A stretch of DNA of 64,000 nucleotides, from NCBI RefSeq assembly GCF_000143415.4, contig NW_003314261.1, positions 4,084,880 to 4,148,879 of the forward strand, in the 5' to 3' direction. This document shows positions 24,241 to 35,533 of this stretch, piece by piece. A program made the position numbers and the translations under genes. A model generated the notes under the pieces. That model did not search any database, had not been told where the DNA came from, and was given only the letters and a program-made list of their open reading frames with translations. How positions within the stretch are numbered: position 1 is the first letter of the stretch; each line of letters opens with the position of its first letter. Source of the stretch: Selaginella moellendorffii (lineage: Eukaryota > Plantae > Lycopodiophyta).

Positions 24241-25866
24241 TAACTTTACCTCTAGCAATAGATAAGTTAAGGGTTATGATAAACAAGTGGGTTACCATTG
24301 AATAAAAAAAAGAATATACCACATTATTAAAAGTAGTAGTATTAATTTAGCCTTGAAATGTCTATATATATGCTTATTATCACTTTAAGTCATATAAGCA
24401 TTAACAAACTCTAAAACTATAATGTTAAATTGATACATTTTTCTACACTTTCATAGTGTATAAAGATTAAAACTCTTAGGAAGTAATTTTAATCATAAAT
24501 ATATCTATTTAAAATATTTATTTTATTTATAAAAATCTTTATATACTATGGTTAAAATTGATAATTATTTTTTAAAAATTATAAAAATAAATTTGAATAC
24601 ATTGAAAAATATTTTTTAAAACTGTCTTTTTTAACTGCTATAAAGTCTAATATAGACAATTTCACACTTTAGACTTTCTATGGCTCCACAATTATTAATA
24701 GTAGAACCTTCAAGTATCCATTTGATTCTTCATTCCCAACTTGCATAACCACCTTCGGGTATGCCCTTTAAATTCTATGATTCAGTTCTATCCCCTTATT
24801 ATTTAATAATTTAAAATTATTTAAATCAATGTTCTATAATGATCATATATAATATTGATATAAATAAACTTGAAGTTATATCTATTAAAAAAGCTATTAA
24901 AAATGTTAATTAAATAATAATTTTATATTATTGAATTTATTAAATAAGTAAAAGTCTTGAATAAAATTAAAAATATATTTAAATAAAATAATATTTATTT
25001 CATTCAAGTTACTAAGTTACAATGTTTTATGTTTGATATTAAGTGAAAATAAATATAGTTTTTAATTCAGAAATTTATTATGAGCTGTGAGTGCTTGGAA
25101 TATGGAAAGGGAATACAGAAATATACATATCTTCATGGTAGATCAGCAATCTCCTCCTTTGACTCTGGAGCAGCGGTTGGTACAATTGCTTGATGCTATG
25201 CGCTTGCAATTGAACAACCAAAATCAGTTGATGGCGGGGTTCATGGCACGTGGTACAACTCCTCCTGCTCTTGGTGCCAATCCTCGCATTCAGCCGGAGT
25301 TCTTTCGCAGGAATCCTGGGGATGATGTGTACCATTAGTTCGATCACTTCACAGTGATTGCCACATATCATTCTTGGGATGATGCTCGACATTTGCGTGA
25401 GTTTCCTACGTGTCTCCAAGGGACGGCGTTATAGTGGTACAATAGTTTGAATGCAACCACTCGTGGGGATTGGAGCATTCTCCCGAACGTCTTCAAACGT
25501 GCCTTCGGACATGCCGATGACTGTGATGATGCCTTCCAACAATTGCATTGTCTTCTCCAAGGGCCATCTAAGTCGGTGATGCAATTTGGCGTTCGTTTCC
25601 GAAGTCTTTTGCTTCGTGCGGAGCCAAATATGTCAGAGCGGATCAAGCTAGGAATGTTATGAATAGCACTTCGTCAAGATCTTGTCGAACTTGTGCATGC
25701 ACTTGCTCCCACCACCCTTGACGATGCTCTTTGCTTGGCATAACGTTATGAGACGTCGCCTCTTCCACTTCTCATTGCACGTCCTTCAGCTCCACTTTCT
25801 ATAGGTGATGGTCCTATTCCAATGGAGGTTGATGTTGCTATTGCTCGAGTCCAAAGACAAGGGCAA

Positions 25867-26060
25867 TGTAAGCAACCAAAAGAGAACGACTTGAGAGATG
25901 GTCCATGGGGTTCAAATATAGAGGGAAAGGGCCCATGAACAAAAATGCACCCCCTTTTCCAATTGGTTAAGAGTCTTGGGATATTTAGGGTTAAGCGTCC
26001 TTGGGTTTGATAGTACTGGGCTGGGTGACCTCTCGGGAAATCCAAATTCATGAGCTTACA
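25867..26060 (+). mobile_element. 5S rRNA-containing solo LTR (Cassandra TRIM-like), 194 bp, inserted in gag
   Basis: Ends TGTAAGC/GCTTACA; TSD ggcaa/ggtga (both derivable from ggcga); removal restores the gag frame QRQGRGRGRG. Confidence 0.9.
25990..26043 (+). promoter_or_regulatory. 5S rRNA-derived Pol III internal promoter segment (A box, IE, C box region)
   Basis: gttaagcgtccttgggtttgatagtactgggctgggtgacctctcgggaaatcc vs plant 5S gttaagcgtgcttgggcgagagtagtactaggatgggtgacctcctgggaagtcc. Confidence 0.88.
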
Positions 26061-29000
26061 GGTGAGGACGTGGTCGTGGCTGTGATGTTCGCTACTGGGC
26101 GTGTGATGAAGTTGGTCATACTTATCGGCGTTGTCTGCGTTTTCCGGATTGGCGACCTCCATTTCCTGAATGGAGACCTTGGCGTCAACAATGTCCTGTT
26201 GGTGCTGCTGCAGTGGACGGTTTGGACACCAAGATACATATGGGAAATGAAGAGTCACACAAGTAACGAAGGGACCTTGCACGAATAAGTTAGTGACCCC
26301 TCCATCTTTTTTTCGGGAGTATCATTAAGGGGTTCATTCGGCACCAGTTCATCCAATGTTTACTTTCCAAGCTCATTTTTAAAATAAGAGGTTTCCTATT
26401 ATTCTCTCCGTGTTGGTTGATACAGGTTCGAGTTTATCTTCTATTGCTCGACTTGTTGCCACACGTTGTCATCTACACTTGCGTCGTGCGGTGGAACCAA
26501 TTTTCATTCTTTATGGCAACAGCCGTACACATGCATGTGCACGGGATGAGGCAGACCTGGTTGTGCATGTGGGCAATCTCGAGCTTGAGTTGCAGTCATT
26601 GCGGGTGGTGCCGAGTCAAGCTTTTGACCTCATTCTTGGTATGGATTGGTTGCAGCGCAATCATGCTAAATGTGATTTTGAAGCTTCTCCCCCTTGTCTC
26701 ATACTTCCTTATGTTTCATCCATTCCTCTCACTTCTGTACCTCTTTTTCCCTTTACTTCTACCTCTGCTTCCATTACTTTTGTTTCCCCACTATTTCCTC
26801 CTATGTTTCCATCTTGTTCTGCTCTTCCTTTCTCCGATCCCTCTGACGATTTTTGTGTTGCAGTGGTGGATTGACTTATGAAGGAGTATTTTTATCTCTT
26901 TGAATTTGACCTAATGTCTGGGGCCAAAATTGCCACACGTCATCCAATTCCAACTGGGGATGCTCGTCCAATCAAGGTTCCCATTCATCGTCAGTCACCC
27001 AAGGAAATCAAGATTTTACGTGCAAATGTTAAGGAGATGTTGGAGAAGGGTGTTATTTGGAAGTCGCGGAGTCCTTGGGCATGTGAACCTCATCTTCTGA
27101 CGAAGCCTGATGGGAGGATTCGTTTTTACATTGATTATCGTCTGTTAAACGAAGTGACGATCCCAGATGTGTACCCTCTTCCTCACACTACTGATCTCTT
27201 AGATCGTCTGGGGCGTAATCATTGGTTTACCAAGCTAGATCTTGCTTCTGGGTACTGGCAAGTACCGATGGTCGAAGAAGATATTCCTAAGACTGCTTTT
27301 CGTACACCATTTGGTTTGTACAAGTTCTTGGTGATGCCGTTTAGTTTGAACAATGCTCCAGCAACTTTCCAACGGATGATGGATGAGGTTCTTTGCGATA
27401 TGCTGGAGGTGACTGCTGACTTCATTGATGATGTCTTGATCCACTTAGAAGGGACATGGGAGGAACACGTTCGTGATGTTTGTAAAGTGTTGGATTAGCT
27501 ATACGACGTTGGTTTAAAGCTGAAGCAGATGAAGTGCGTGTTTGGGTCCAAGGATACAACTTATCTTGGGTACCATATTTTTCGTGAGGGTTTGCAAGTT
27601 GATCCTGACAAACTTGTGGCTGTTATAAAGTTCCCTACTCTGAAGTGTGTGAATGATGTGCAACACTTCTTAGGCAGGTGCAGTATCTCAGTCGTTTTGT
27701 GGATCATGTTTCTGATCACACTGCACCATTGTGAGCGTTGCTGAAGTCATCAACATCATCTTTCATTTGGTCTCCGGATTGTGAGCGGGTATTCAAGGAT
27801 CTCAAAGAGCTATTGATGATTCCTCCAGTTTTGGCATATCCTGACTACACTCAACCTTCTATTTTGCGCGTGGATGCTTCTGACATTGGTTTTGGAGGTG
27901 TGTTGATGCAAGAAAGCTCAAGTGTGCCTAGTCAGTGCCATCCCATTGCATATATAAGCCGTACGTTACAACCAGTGGAAATGAATTACTCCACGACAGA
28001 GAAGGAGTGTTTAGTAGCAGTTTGGGGTTTCGAAAAACTTCATGCATATCTACATGGTTCTCGGACGTTACTTGAAGGTGATTATGCTGCTGTTACTTCA
28101 TTATTGAAGTGGAAGAATCTGGTTGGTCGTACTGCTCGATGGGCTTTGAAGCTTCAGATATATGATTTTGATGTTGTTCATCGCCGAGGGAGTTCTTTGG
28201 CTGATGCTACTGCCCTTTCTTGAGCTCCTCTTCCTTCTCCATTCTCTTCTCATGTTTCTAACGAGCCTGTTGTTCCAGCCTCTGTGGAATTTCTAGATGA
28301 GGATTTTGTGCTGTCGGCGGTTGCTGTACTTGATGTTTAGTGTCCACAAGATGCAGAGCAAGATCTACCTTCTCTTGATGAGGTTCGCGAGGCTCAAAAG
28401 ATTGAGCCATGGATTCGAAGGCTTTGAGATGGGTTTGAGAATCTTGCGTCACTTGTTGTAGACTTGCCTTTCCAACATTTACATTCTCAATATTGCCTCG
28501 AAGACAGCCTTCTTTATTTTGTGGGGACGGATCTTGATGATCATTTATGGCTAGTGGTGCCTTCTATATTTATTCCGTGGTTTCTCCATGCCTACCATGA
28601 TTCTCCTGTTCTGGGTGGGCATATGGGACATCGTCGTGTAATTGAGAAGCTGTGCAGGTTTTTCTATTAGCCGGAGATGCGATGTGATATTATTCAGTAT
28701 GTGCGTAGCTGCGTTTGGTGCCAAGCTCATAATACTCCCCCTCGGGTTGCAAAAGGACGGTTGGAGTCAATTGCAGTTTCCCGTCTGTTTGAGTTGGTGG
28801 CATTTGATCTTATGGGACCTTTTCCACGGTTGACTGCTAGCAATGAATATGTTATTATTGCTTCTAACTACTTGACTTGTTGGGTGGAAGTTGGTGCTCT
28901 GGCTAGTGCCTCTGCAACTGCTGTTGGATACTTCCTCCTCAATCAAGTGGTGTTCCAGCATTCTTGTCCAGAGTGGATTCTTTCGGATAATGGTCCCGCA

Positions 29001-29994
29001 TTTATGGCTGAGGCATTTCATGTTTTGATGTCTCGGCTGGGGATACGCCACACTTTCACAAGTGCTTATCATCCACAATCAGACGGTATGGTGGAACAGC
29101 TCATTCGAACATTCAAGGGGATGATTGCAAAGTATATAAACTTTCAGCATTCGGATTGGGATGGTTATTTGCCGTCTTTTCGGTATGCATATGTCACAGG
29201 GGTGCAGAGTTCTGTTGGTGCTTCACCATATAAAATTTTATATGGTCATGATCCAATATTACCAACGGAGTTAGGTTTACCTTTGCGATTGCCACGAGTT
29301 GCGGATGCTAGGTCGTGGGATCAGTATTTGACGAGCATTCTTCCACTTGTCCGAGCGGAGTCTGCTGAACACTTAGACCGCATACAAGTGGGACAACAAT
29401 GGTGGTACAACTCCCATCATCGTCCACCTGCAAAGTACAAAGTGGATGATTTGGTGTTAGTTTGTTTTCCCCATCTTACAGTACGTGGTTTATTTAAGGG
29501 GCTCCTTGCACAGTGGAAAGGACCGTATCGGGTGTTACGGCAAGTTAGACCACAAGTTTATGAGGTTCAGCATGATGTCCAGCAGACCGATCCTCCAGAG
29601 ATTGTGCATGTGTAGCGGTTGAAACACTTCATACAAAAGGATCAAGAGCAGTTAATACCACCTACAGATCCACCAATGCCTCCTCTTAACATTCCTCCAG
29701 ATCCTGACCCATCTACAAAAGAACCCTGACAGTCTTCCTTTATTCTAAGATGAGGGGATGATGTAAGGGCCAAGTGTACGGCTACGATGCCGTATACTAA
29801 TATTAGCGTAGTGGGATTTTGGTAGCCGTCAGATTGGTTTCAATTTGGACCACTCACTCCTGTATATAAGCTAAGGTTTTTGGGCTAATTGACAAATAAA
29901 AACGAAAGAGCAAAAGAAAAGAAATGACAAAAAGCTAAAAGGAAATGGTAGATCTAAACAATGCAAAAAGCTAGATCTAAACCAAAATCCCAAA

Positions 29995-30208
29995 TCCAAG
30001 CACTCATTAGGGACAATCAAAAGTACCCCTCAACTCCACCAATGTAAGTATGGAAAGAGAATATAAAAATATGCATATCAATTAGCCCAAAAACCCTAGC
30101 TTATATACAGGAGTGAGTGGTCCGGATTGAAACCAATCCGATGGCTACCAAAATCCCACTACACTAATATTAGTATACGGCATCATAGATGTACACTTGG
30201 CCCTCACA
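29995..30208 (-). repeat. Inverted LTR copy of gypsy family A; 131-bp arms 29762-29892 and 30078-30208 form a long inverted repeat
   Basis: gtacacttggccctcaca (end 30208) is the rc of tgtaagggccaagtgtac (29762); similarity continues to gggctaattga. The left boundary is uncertain (29995 or 29890). Confidence 0.85.
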
Positions 30209-30614
30209 GAGCAAAATATTTTCTTATGTTTTTAATAAGAAAGAAAGAGGCATAAAGAATATATATATAAAGCAAAGAAATAAGAAAAAACAAACATTTT
30301 AAAAGTAAACTGTATGTTTAAAGCAACCATAATATGTTTATATATACTTTTTTACTTTAAAGTAAAATCATTCACCTTCTTGCTATCTAGGGTTTAAAAG
30401 TTATTGTATACTAAATATGCAATTTAAAAAATTTAATTTTTCTTTTTTTATGCAAATTGTGCTAGTAAAAATATATTAAAACAATATATTATCATAAAAT
30501 GAATTTAATTAAATTAACCTTTTATAAACTAAACATCCAGTCAATAAGCTTTAAACGGATGTGTTTAAAAGTTGGTATAAAAACTACTTATTTCCATCAA
30601 CGCTGTCCCTCCAG

Positions 30615-30947
30615 GCTTTTGAGGACTTTGCAAGGAACAGTGCTCAGTGCTCTACAGTTTTTTAGAGAAGCCAGTCCTTGCAATCCAGAATCCAGTAACG
30701 TGCTGCGCTTACGGAACAACGACATCTCAATACATTGGCCAAGTTACAGCAACAGCCACCTAGTGTGCGAGACATTAGCTCCCTTTTACCCGAGGCTTCA
30801 GATACTGGCGAGCGACTGTACTCCTCCCAACGTGATCACATACCAGGCTCATTCACGGCCTTTGCTTGAAGATGGAGCTGGAGATCTGCTTGACAATATG
30901 GCCAAACGGGTCTGCTAATTTAGCTGAGAAAGACTGCAGCTGAAGCT
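30615..30947 (+). pseudogene. Collapsed inverted fragments of the neighbouring PPR gene
   Basis: gaggactttgcaagg, gtgctcta.agttt.ttagagaagcca, ggaacaacgac and gcgagcgactgtactcctcccaacg...cacggcct.tgcttgaagatggagctgga match, in order, the sense strand of the PPR CDS at ~34220, ~34180, ~34090 and ~32915-32800. Confidence 0.85.
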
Positions 30948-30977
30948 CTTCTAAACATGACAATGCTCAAGCCTCTA

Positions 30978-32214
30978 TCAGGCCGGAGAGAGTTCAAACG
31001 TGTATCCGCTTCCCGACTGGGTGAGAACCTTGCTGCATCGAATCATGAATCAAATATCCCATAAACTTCTTTAGAAAACACTCACCGAAACTCCACGCTA
31101 CGTAGCTCACAATTTGCGTACCTGCACAAGGACTCGGGTGAGTTTTAGAAGAGAAAAACCTCGTCACCTTGTAGTGTTGACGTTCTTGTCGCCAAACTTA
31201 GTGAGCAAATTGACCAGAAATCCTCCGTGAGAGACCACAGCTATATCCTTCTCTTTACGATTGGACAGCCTGCAGCAATAAACCAACTAGTTAGGAGGAG
31301 GAGAAGTTACAGAATTCATACCATTCGAGGAAAGCTCTAGTTCTTCTGCCGAGCTCTTCTTCAGTTTCCTTGACATCAGGCCTCCACAACTCGTCTTGGT
31401 CTTGCTCAATCTACTCCAGACAGTAAGCCAGTAAACAACAATTGAATTTTACGCTTACCTCAGAGAAATCGATCCCAGGGAATTGAAGCTCGTTTTTACT
31501 CCTGGAACTCCTGTGGTCGCAAGGCATCACGCTCTGTTGTTTCACAAGATTATATTTTTTCTTCCTCTCCAATAGGGAAATCTTACGTACCATTTCCTCC
31601 CTACAAAGCTCTACCGCAACGAAAGGAGGAGAGCCCGAGCTGGAGATTGCCGGGTGAGGACACCTTCCAGCGAAATGCACCATCAGAAGTTGTGAAACAT
31701 CAGAGTGATTGCCTCCTCCAAACACACCGGCCGCTGTTTGCAACGTCCTGGACAGAAATCTCATCGCAAAAGAAACAAAGAAAAGGAAAGACAAAGTATC
31801 ATACCGAGTTAAGGGTGAGACCACAACAAGGCTAACACGATCTCTCACTCCAGAACTCTCAAGTTCCTTGCCAAGCTGCTCAGCCTGGCAGAAAGAAAAA
31901 CATCAGAGGAGATCGAGAGAGATTTGACTTACTTGCTGCCAGCCAGTGGACGTTAGGCTTGCATCAGTGTGCTCGTAGTAACTAGTAGTCGGCTTGTTAG
32001 AGCTTGTAGTGACTTTAGAAGATTGGAGCAAAAGGCTACAGAACATGAGATTCCACACGCAGCGCAACGCCCTAACGATGTGGCTGATCCTCAGGCGCCT
32101 CCACCGCCCGTCAAACAGTACCTTCCACGCGCTCCCAATCTGGAGCAAGATCTCCCCCTCCACGTTGTGGAACGCCTCGCCATGGCGCAGCAATCGCAGC
32201 GTCTTGGGCTCCAT
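30978..32214 (-). CDS. Phosphoglycerate mutase-like (histidine phosphatase superfamily) protein, about 9 exons
   Basis: LLRHGEAFHN, DASLTSTGWQQA, VVSPLTRTLQTA, PCDHRS, IAVVSHGGFL, ANCELRS in short exons bounded by GT-AG; ATG 32214, TGA 30980-30978. Confidence 0.9.
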
Positions 32215-32603
32215 CTTTCCTCTCAAGAACCCTAAACCCTTTTTGGCGCGGGATCCAAATTAAACTTTTGTCTTTTATTTTAAAGGGGATCCTAGTTTGG
32301 ATTTGATTGTAAAACTTATCTTGGATTTATAATTTATAAAATTTCCCTATCTAATGGTTTAAGATTAATTTGGTGTTTATGAATAACACTACTATCAAGC
32401 AAACTAAGAGTTATTAGCAATAAATTATCCATCTAAAATGTAAGCAAATGCAAAATAATTTAATATCAATGGGTAATGAGTGGCAGTAAACTGGCTGCTT
32501 AACTTCCACTTTACTCAAGGATTGTGAGCTACGTACCATGGAGATCCAAGTGAGTTTTTTCTATATCAAAGTTTACTGCAAGATTCGTTTCAGGAACCTG
32601 CTT

Positions 32604-34715
32604 CTATATTTCGTCGCAGCTGATTTGCTCAGAGAAAGACCGCAGCTGAAGCTTGCACAGCGCTCTCACGAGTGTCCTAAACATGACTTTGTCACCGGCG
32701 AACGGCATCCTCTCGAGCAGCTCAAACGCCTCATCGATCCGTCCCTGCTTGCAAAAAGCCGCGACGATGGTGCCGTAGCACGCAACATCTGGAGCGCAGC
32801 CCCTCTTGGCCATGGCGTCGAGCAGAAGCACGGCTCTTTCCAGCTCCATCTTCAAGCAGAGGCCGTGAATGAGAGCCCGGTACGTGATCGCGTTGGGAGG
32901 AGTACAGTCACTCGCGAGCATCACCCCGAAGAGCCTGTGAGCCTGGTCGAGTCTCCCGGCCTTGCAAAGAGCGCTCATCACAGTGTTGTAAGTGTAAACG
33001 TTGGGAGCTAGCTTCCGGTCGAGCAACCTCTGGAAGAGCTCCACACACTCGTCGGTCCTGGCATTCCTGGCGAGCCACTTGAGAAGAATCGTGTAAGTGA
33101 TGGCATTGGGATCACAGCCTCTGGATACCATCTCCTGGATCAGTGTAACAGCGCGGTGGTACCGGTTGTCTTCTACAAGCCCATTGATCAGCGAGTTGAA
33201 AGTTACGACGTCGGGAAGAACACCATCTTGGTTCATCCGTGGTAGCAGCTTGTACGCAAATCTCCACAGCCCGTGCCGGCTCAAGCCTTCGAAGAGGATG
33301 TTATACGTGTAGATGTCCGGCGAAGGCCCTGTTCTCGCCATCCTCGTGAACACTTTGATGCCCCGCTTGAGTCTCCTTGCCTTGAGAAATCCCAGAACAA
33401 GGCTGTTGTAAGTGACGACGCTAGTGCAATGCTTCGCGTCTGCTTCCTTGGCAATCTCCACGGCCTCGTCCACTCGTCCAGTTTTGCTGAGCTCCTCGAT
33501 CACTGGATCGTAAATCCTGGCATCTGGAACGCAGTTTCTCGAGATCATACGCTCCACCAGCACTTTCGCCTTGTCCACCATCCCGGACTTGCACAGGCTA
33601 TGGATGATTAGGCTGTACGTGTCTTTGTCCGCCTCGAGCCCGACGCTCTCCATCTGCTCCAGCAGCTCGAGAGCCTCGGCTGTGTTTCTCGGATTCTTGC
33701 AAACAGCGCTGAGAAAGCTGTTGCAAGTGTGGAGCCTCACGGAGGACGAGCCATGCCTGAGTGCCATTGCTAGAATCAGCTCGCGGGCTCGATCCACCCG
33801 ACCGCGATCCAAAAGTCTGTCAACCAGCGAGTTCACGTCCTCGGACTCGCAGCCGAGCTTGAGAGCCAAGCCACAGGCCTCGTCGATTCTATCCGACTGA
33901 TACAACCCTTGGACTAGACTGCGAAAACACTCGGCACCACCGGCCTCCACGCATTCCTCCTCGGACAACTCCTTGAAACTTTCCAGTGCCTTGTCGAGAT
34001 CTTCGTCGAGAACCCGAGAGATGCGAAGAACCAAGTCGAGCTTGACTTCGGTTCCTCTCACTTCTCGCAGGATCTCGTAGACGTCGTTGTTCCTCTTGGC
34101 AGCCGTGAGCGCAGCGACGAGAATCGAGTACGTAGAGACACTGGCTCGCAAGGAGAATGAGTTCTTGGCTTCTCTAAGAAACTCTAGAGCACCATCTACG
34201 TTGCCGGCCTTGCAAAGTCCTCGCAAGCAGCCATTTAGATCCTGGATGGACAGCGTCGATCCATTCTCGGCCATGTCCTTGAGAAGCTCGATGGTCGCTC
34301 GGAGATTCCCCTGTTCGCTATACTTCACAGCGAGAGCTGGGAATGCCTGTTTCTTCCACAGCTGGAACAGGGCCTTGGATTCCTCACGCCTGTTCATCCT
34401 GTTCATGGTCTCGGTCATGAGCCTGATCGTGTAGCCCGTGTGCTTGAATCGCGACTGCCCCGAAGTGATCCAGTCGAAGAATGCGAGCGCCTTGTCCGAG
34501 TCCTGGAGCGCCAAGACTACCTCGTTGTAGACTCGATGATTGACGGGCATGGATTTCCTGGCGAGGAGCTCGGGGGAAGCCAGGCATTCGAGAATGGCCG
34601 TGGCCTCGGTGGAGAGGTTTGTCATCGCTGGAAGGATTGAATCCTTGGCACTGCCATGAAGAATCCTTACCCCAAATTTGGCCACATTTGCTCTCACCTG
34701 GCCATTGCTCCACAT
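32604..34715 (-). CDS. Pentatricopeptide repeat protein, P class, 703 aa
   Basis: Intronless ORF with tandem 35-aa repeats (PDVVTFNSLINGL, PNAITYTILL, PNVYTYNTVMSALCKAG); no E/DYW domain. Confidence 0.96.
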   Translation of the reverse strand: MWSNGQVRANVAKFGVRILHGSAKDSILPAMTNLSTEATAILECLASPELLARKSMPVNHRVYNEVVLALQDSDKALAFFDWITSGQSRFKHTGYTIRLMTETMNRMNRREESKALFQLWKKQAFPALAVKYSEQGNLRATIELLKDMAENGSTLSIQDLNGCLRGLCKAGNVDGALEFLREAKNSFSLRASVSTYSILVAALTAAKRNNDVYEILREVRGTEVKLDLVLRISRVLDEDLDKALESFKELSEEECVEAGGAECFRSLVQGLYQSDRIDEACGLALKLGCESEDVNSLVDRLLDRGRVDRARELILAMALRHGSSSVRLHTCNSFLSAVCKNPRNTAEALELLEQMESVGLEADKDTYSLIIHSLCKSGMVDKAKVLVERMISRNCVPDARIYDPVIEELSKTGRVDEAVEIAKEADAKHCTSVVTYNSLVLGFLKARRLKRGIKVFTRMARTGPSPDIYTYNILFEGLSRHGLWRFAYKLLPRMNQDGVLPDVVTFNSLINGLVEDNRYHRAVTLIQEMVSRGCDPNAITYTILLKWLARNARTDECVELFQRLLDRKLAPNVYTYNTVMSALCKAGRLDQAHRLFGVMLASDCTPPNAITYRALIHGLCLKMELERAVLLLDAMAKRGCAPDVACYGTIVAAFCKQGRIDEAFELLERMPFAGDKVMFRTLVRALCKLQLRSFSEQISCDEI

Positions 34716-35418
34716 TCTCCATGCTCGTCTGGCGATTTTAGGGCTTTTAGAAATGTGCTGTTAAATTCAAGAATTTGGCACCTTATAAAAGTAAAGTGGT
34801 TAATATTTTTATTATTATTATTTTATTAATAACTAGTAAATTGTCCAGCTAATGCTAAGTAGTTTGGCAAAGACCAACATAACTTCGTGACAAAACCTGC
34901 TCACAACTCGCAATCTCTTTGTTGATCCCTAGTTGCATAGGAATCACTCTCCTTCCCTTTAAGCCATCTAAGAATCTTCCTGACTTTTCTGACACAGCCA
35001 TTACCTCATATCACAACATTTGCATACTTTGTGAGACTTCACATAAAAACCCAATGGCCAAAAGAGGAGCCAGCAATCCATTGTTTTATGATGATGGAAA
35101 AATCAGAGAAGAAACTTGATGGTTTGCCATCCACTACCACATAATTCAGCTGCAATGACCATCAAGCCTGCAATGCCACAACCTAGAGAGAGACATCCTG
35201 AATATCCCACCATCTATAGCATTGAGGACCTCTACTTCACCCTTTGCTAGCCTTTTTGACAAACTTGAATTTATCTCTATAGGTAGAGGTATGTAATTGC
35301 ACATAGACTCTTATATATTGTCAACTTATTTCTTCCACCTCTTCCAGGATTGTGCTAGTATTTGTGAGCTCTGAGGTGGCTACAACCCTATGGTTGTCAA
35401 TGTTAGGAATCAGAATGG

Positions 35419-35533
35419 AAAAGAGTTTGGAAACTAAGAAACATGACTTGGAATGGAAAAAACATTGTAACTGATTAAAAGAGTTTGCAAACTAAGAAAC
35501 ATGACTTGGAATGGAAAAAATTGTAACTAATTA
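35419..35533. repeat. ~58 bp tandem duplication
   Basis: aaaagagtttg.aaactaagaaacatgacttggaatggaaaaa..ttgtaact.att occurs twice. Confidence 0.85.

Larger units (their letters stand above)
25087..29892 (+). mobile_element. Ty3/gypsy family A element, inactivated, with incomplete LTRs
   Basis: Gag from ATG 25135 (PEFF, PIPMEVD, decayed CCHC knuckle), PR LVDTGSS (26413), RT LDLASGYWQV and FIDDVL, RNase H PIAYISR..NYSTTEKE, integrase FDLMGP, SDNGPAF, WKGPY. PPT 29747-29761; LTR start TGTAAGGGC at 29762; no chromodomain. Confidence 0.95.

Noticed and set aside
25135-25146. tggtagatcagc as a tRNA-Met PBS
   Set aside because: Poor match to TGGTATCAGAGC and it overlaps the gag start ATG GTA GAT CAG.
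25990-26043. 5S rRNA gene
   Set aside because: Only ~54 of ~120 nt, embedded in an LTR-like unit with a TSD.
29762-30208. DIRS-type element suggested by the inverted terminal repeats
   Set aside because: The element encodes a DDE integrase and a protease, has a PPT, and shows no tyrosine recombinase.
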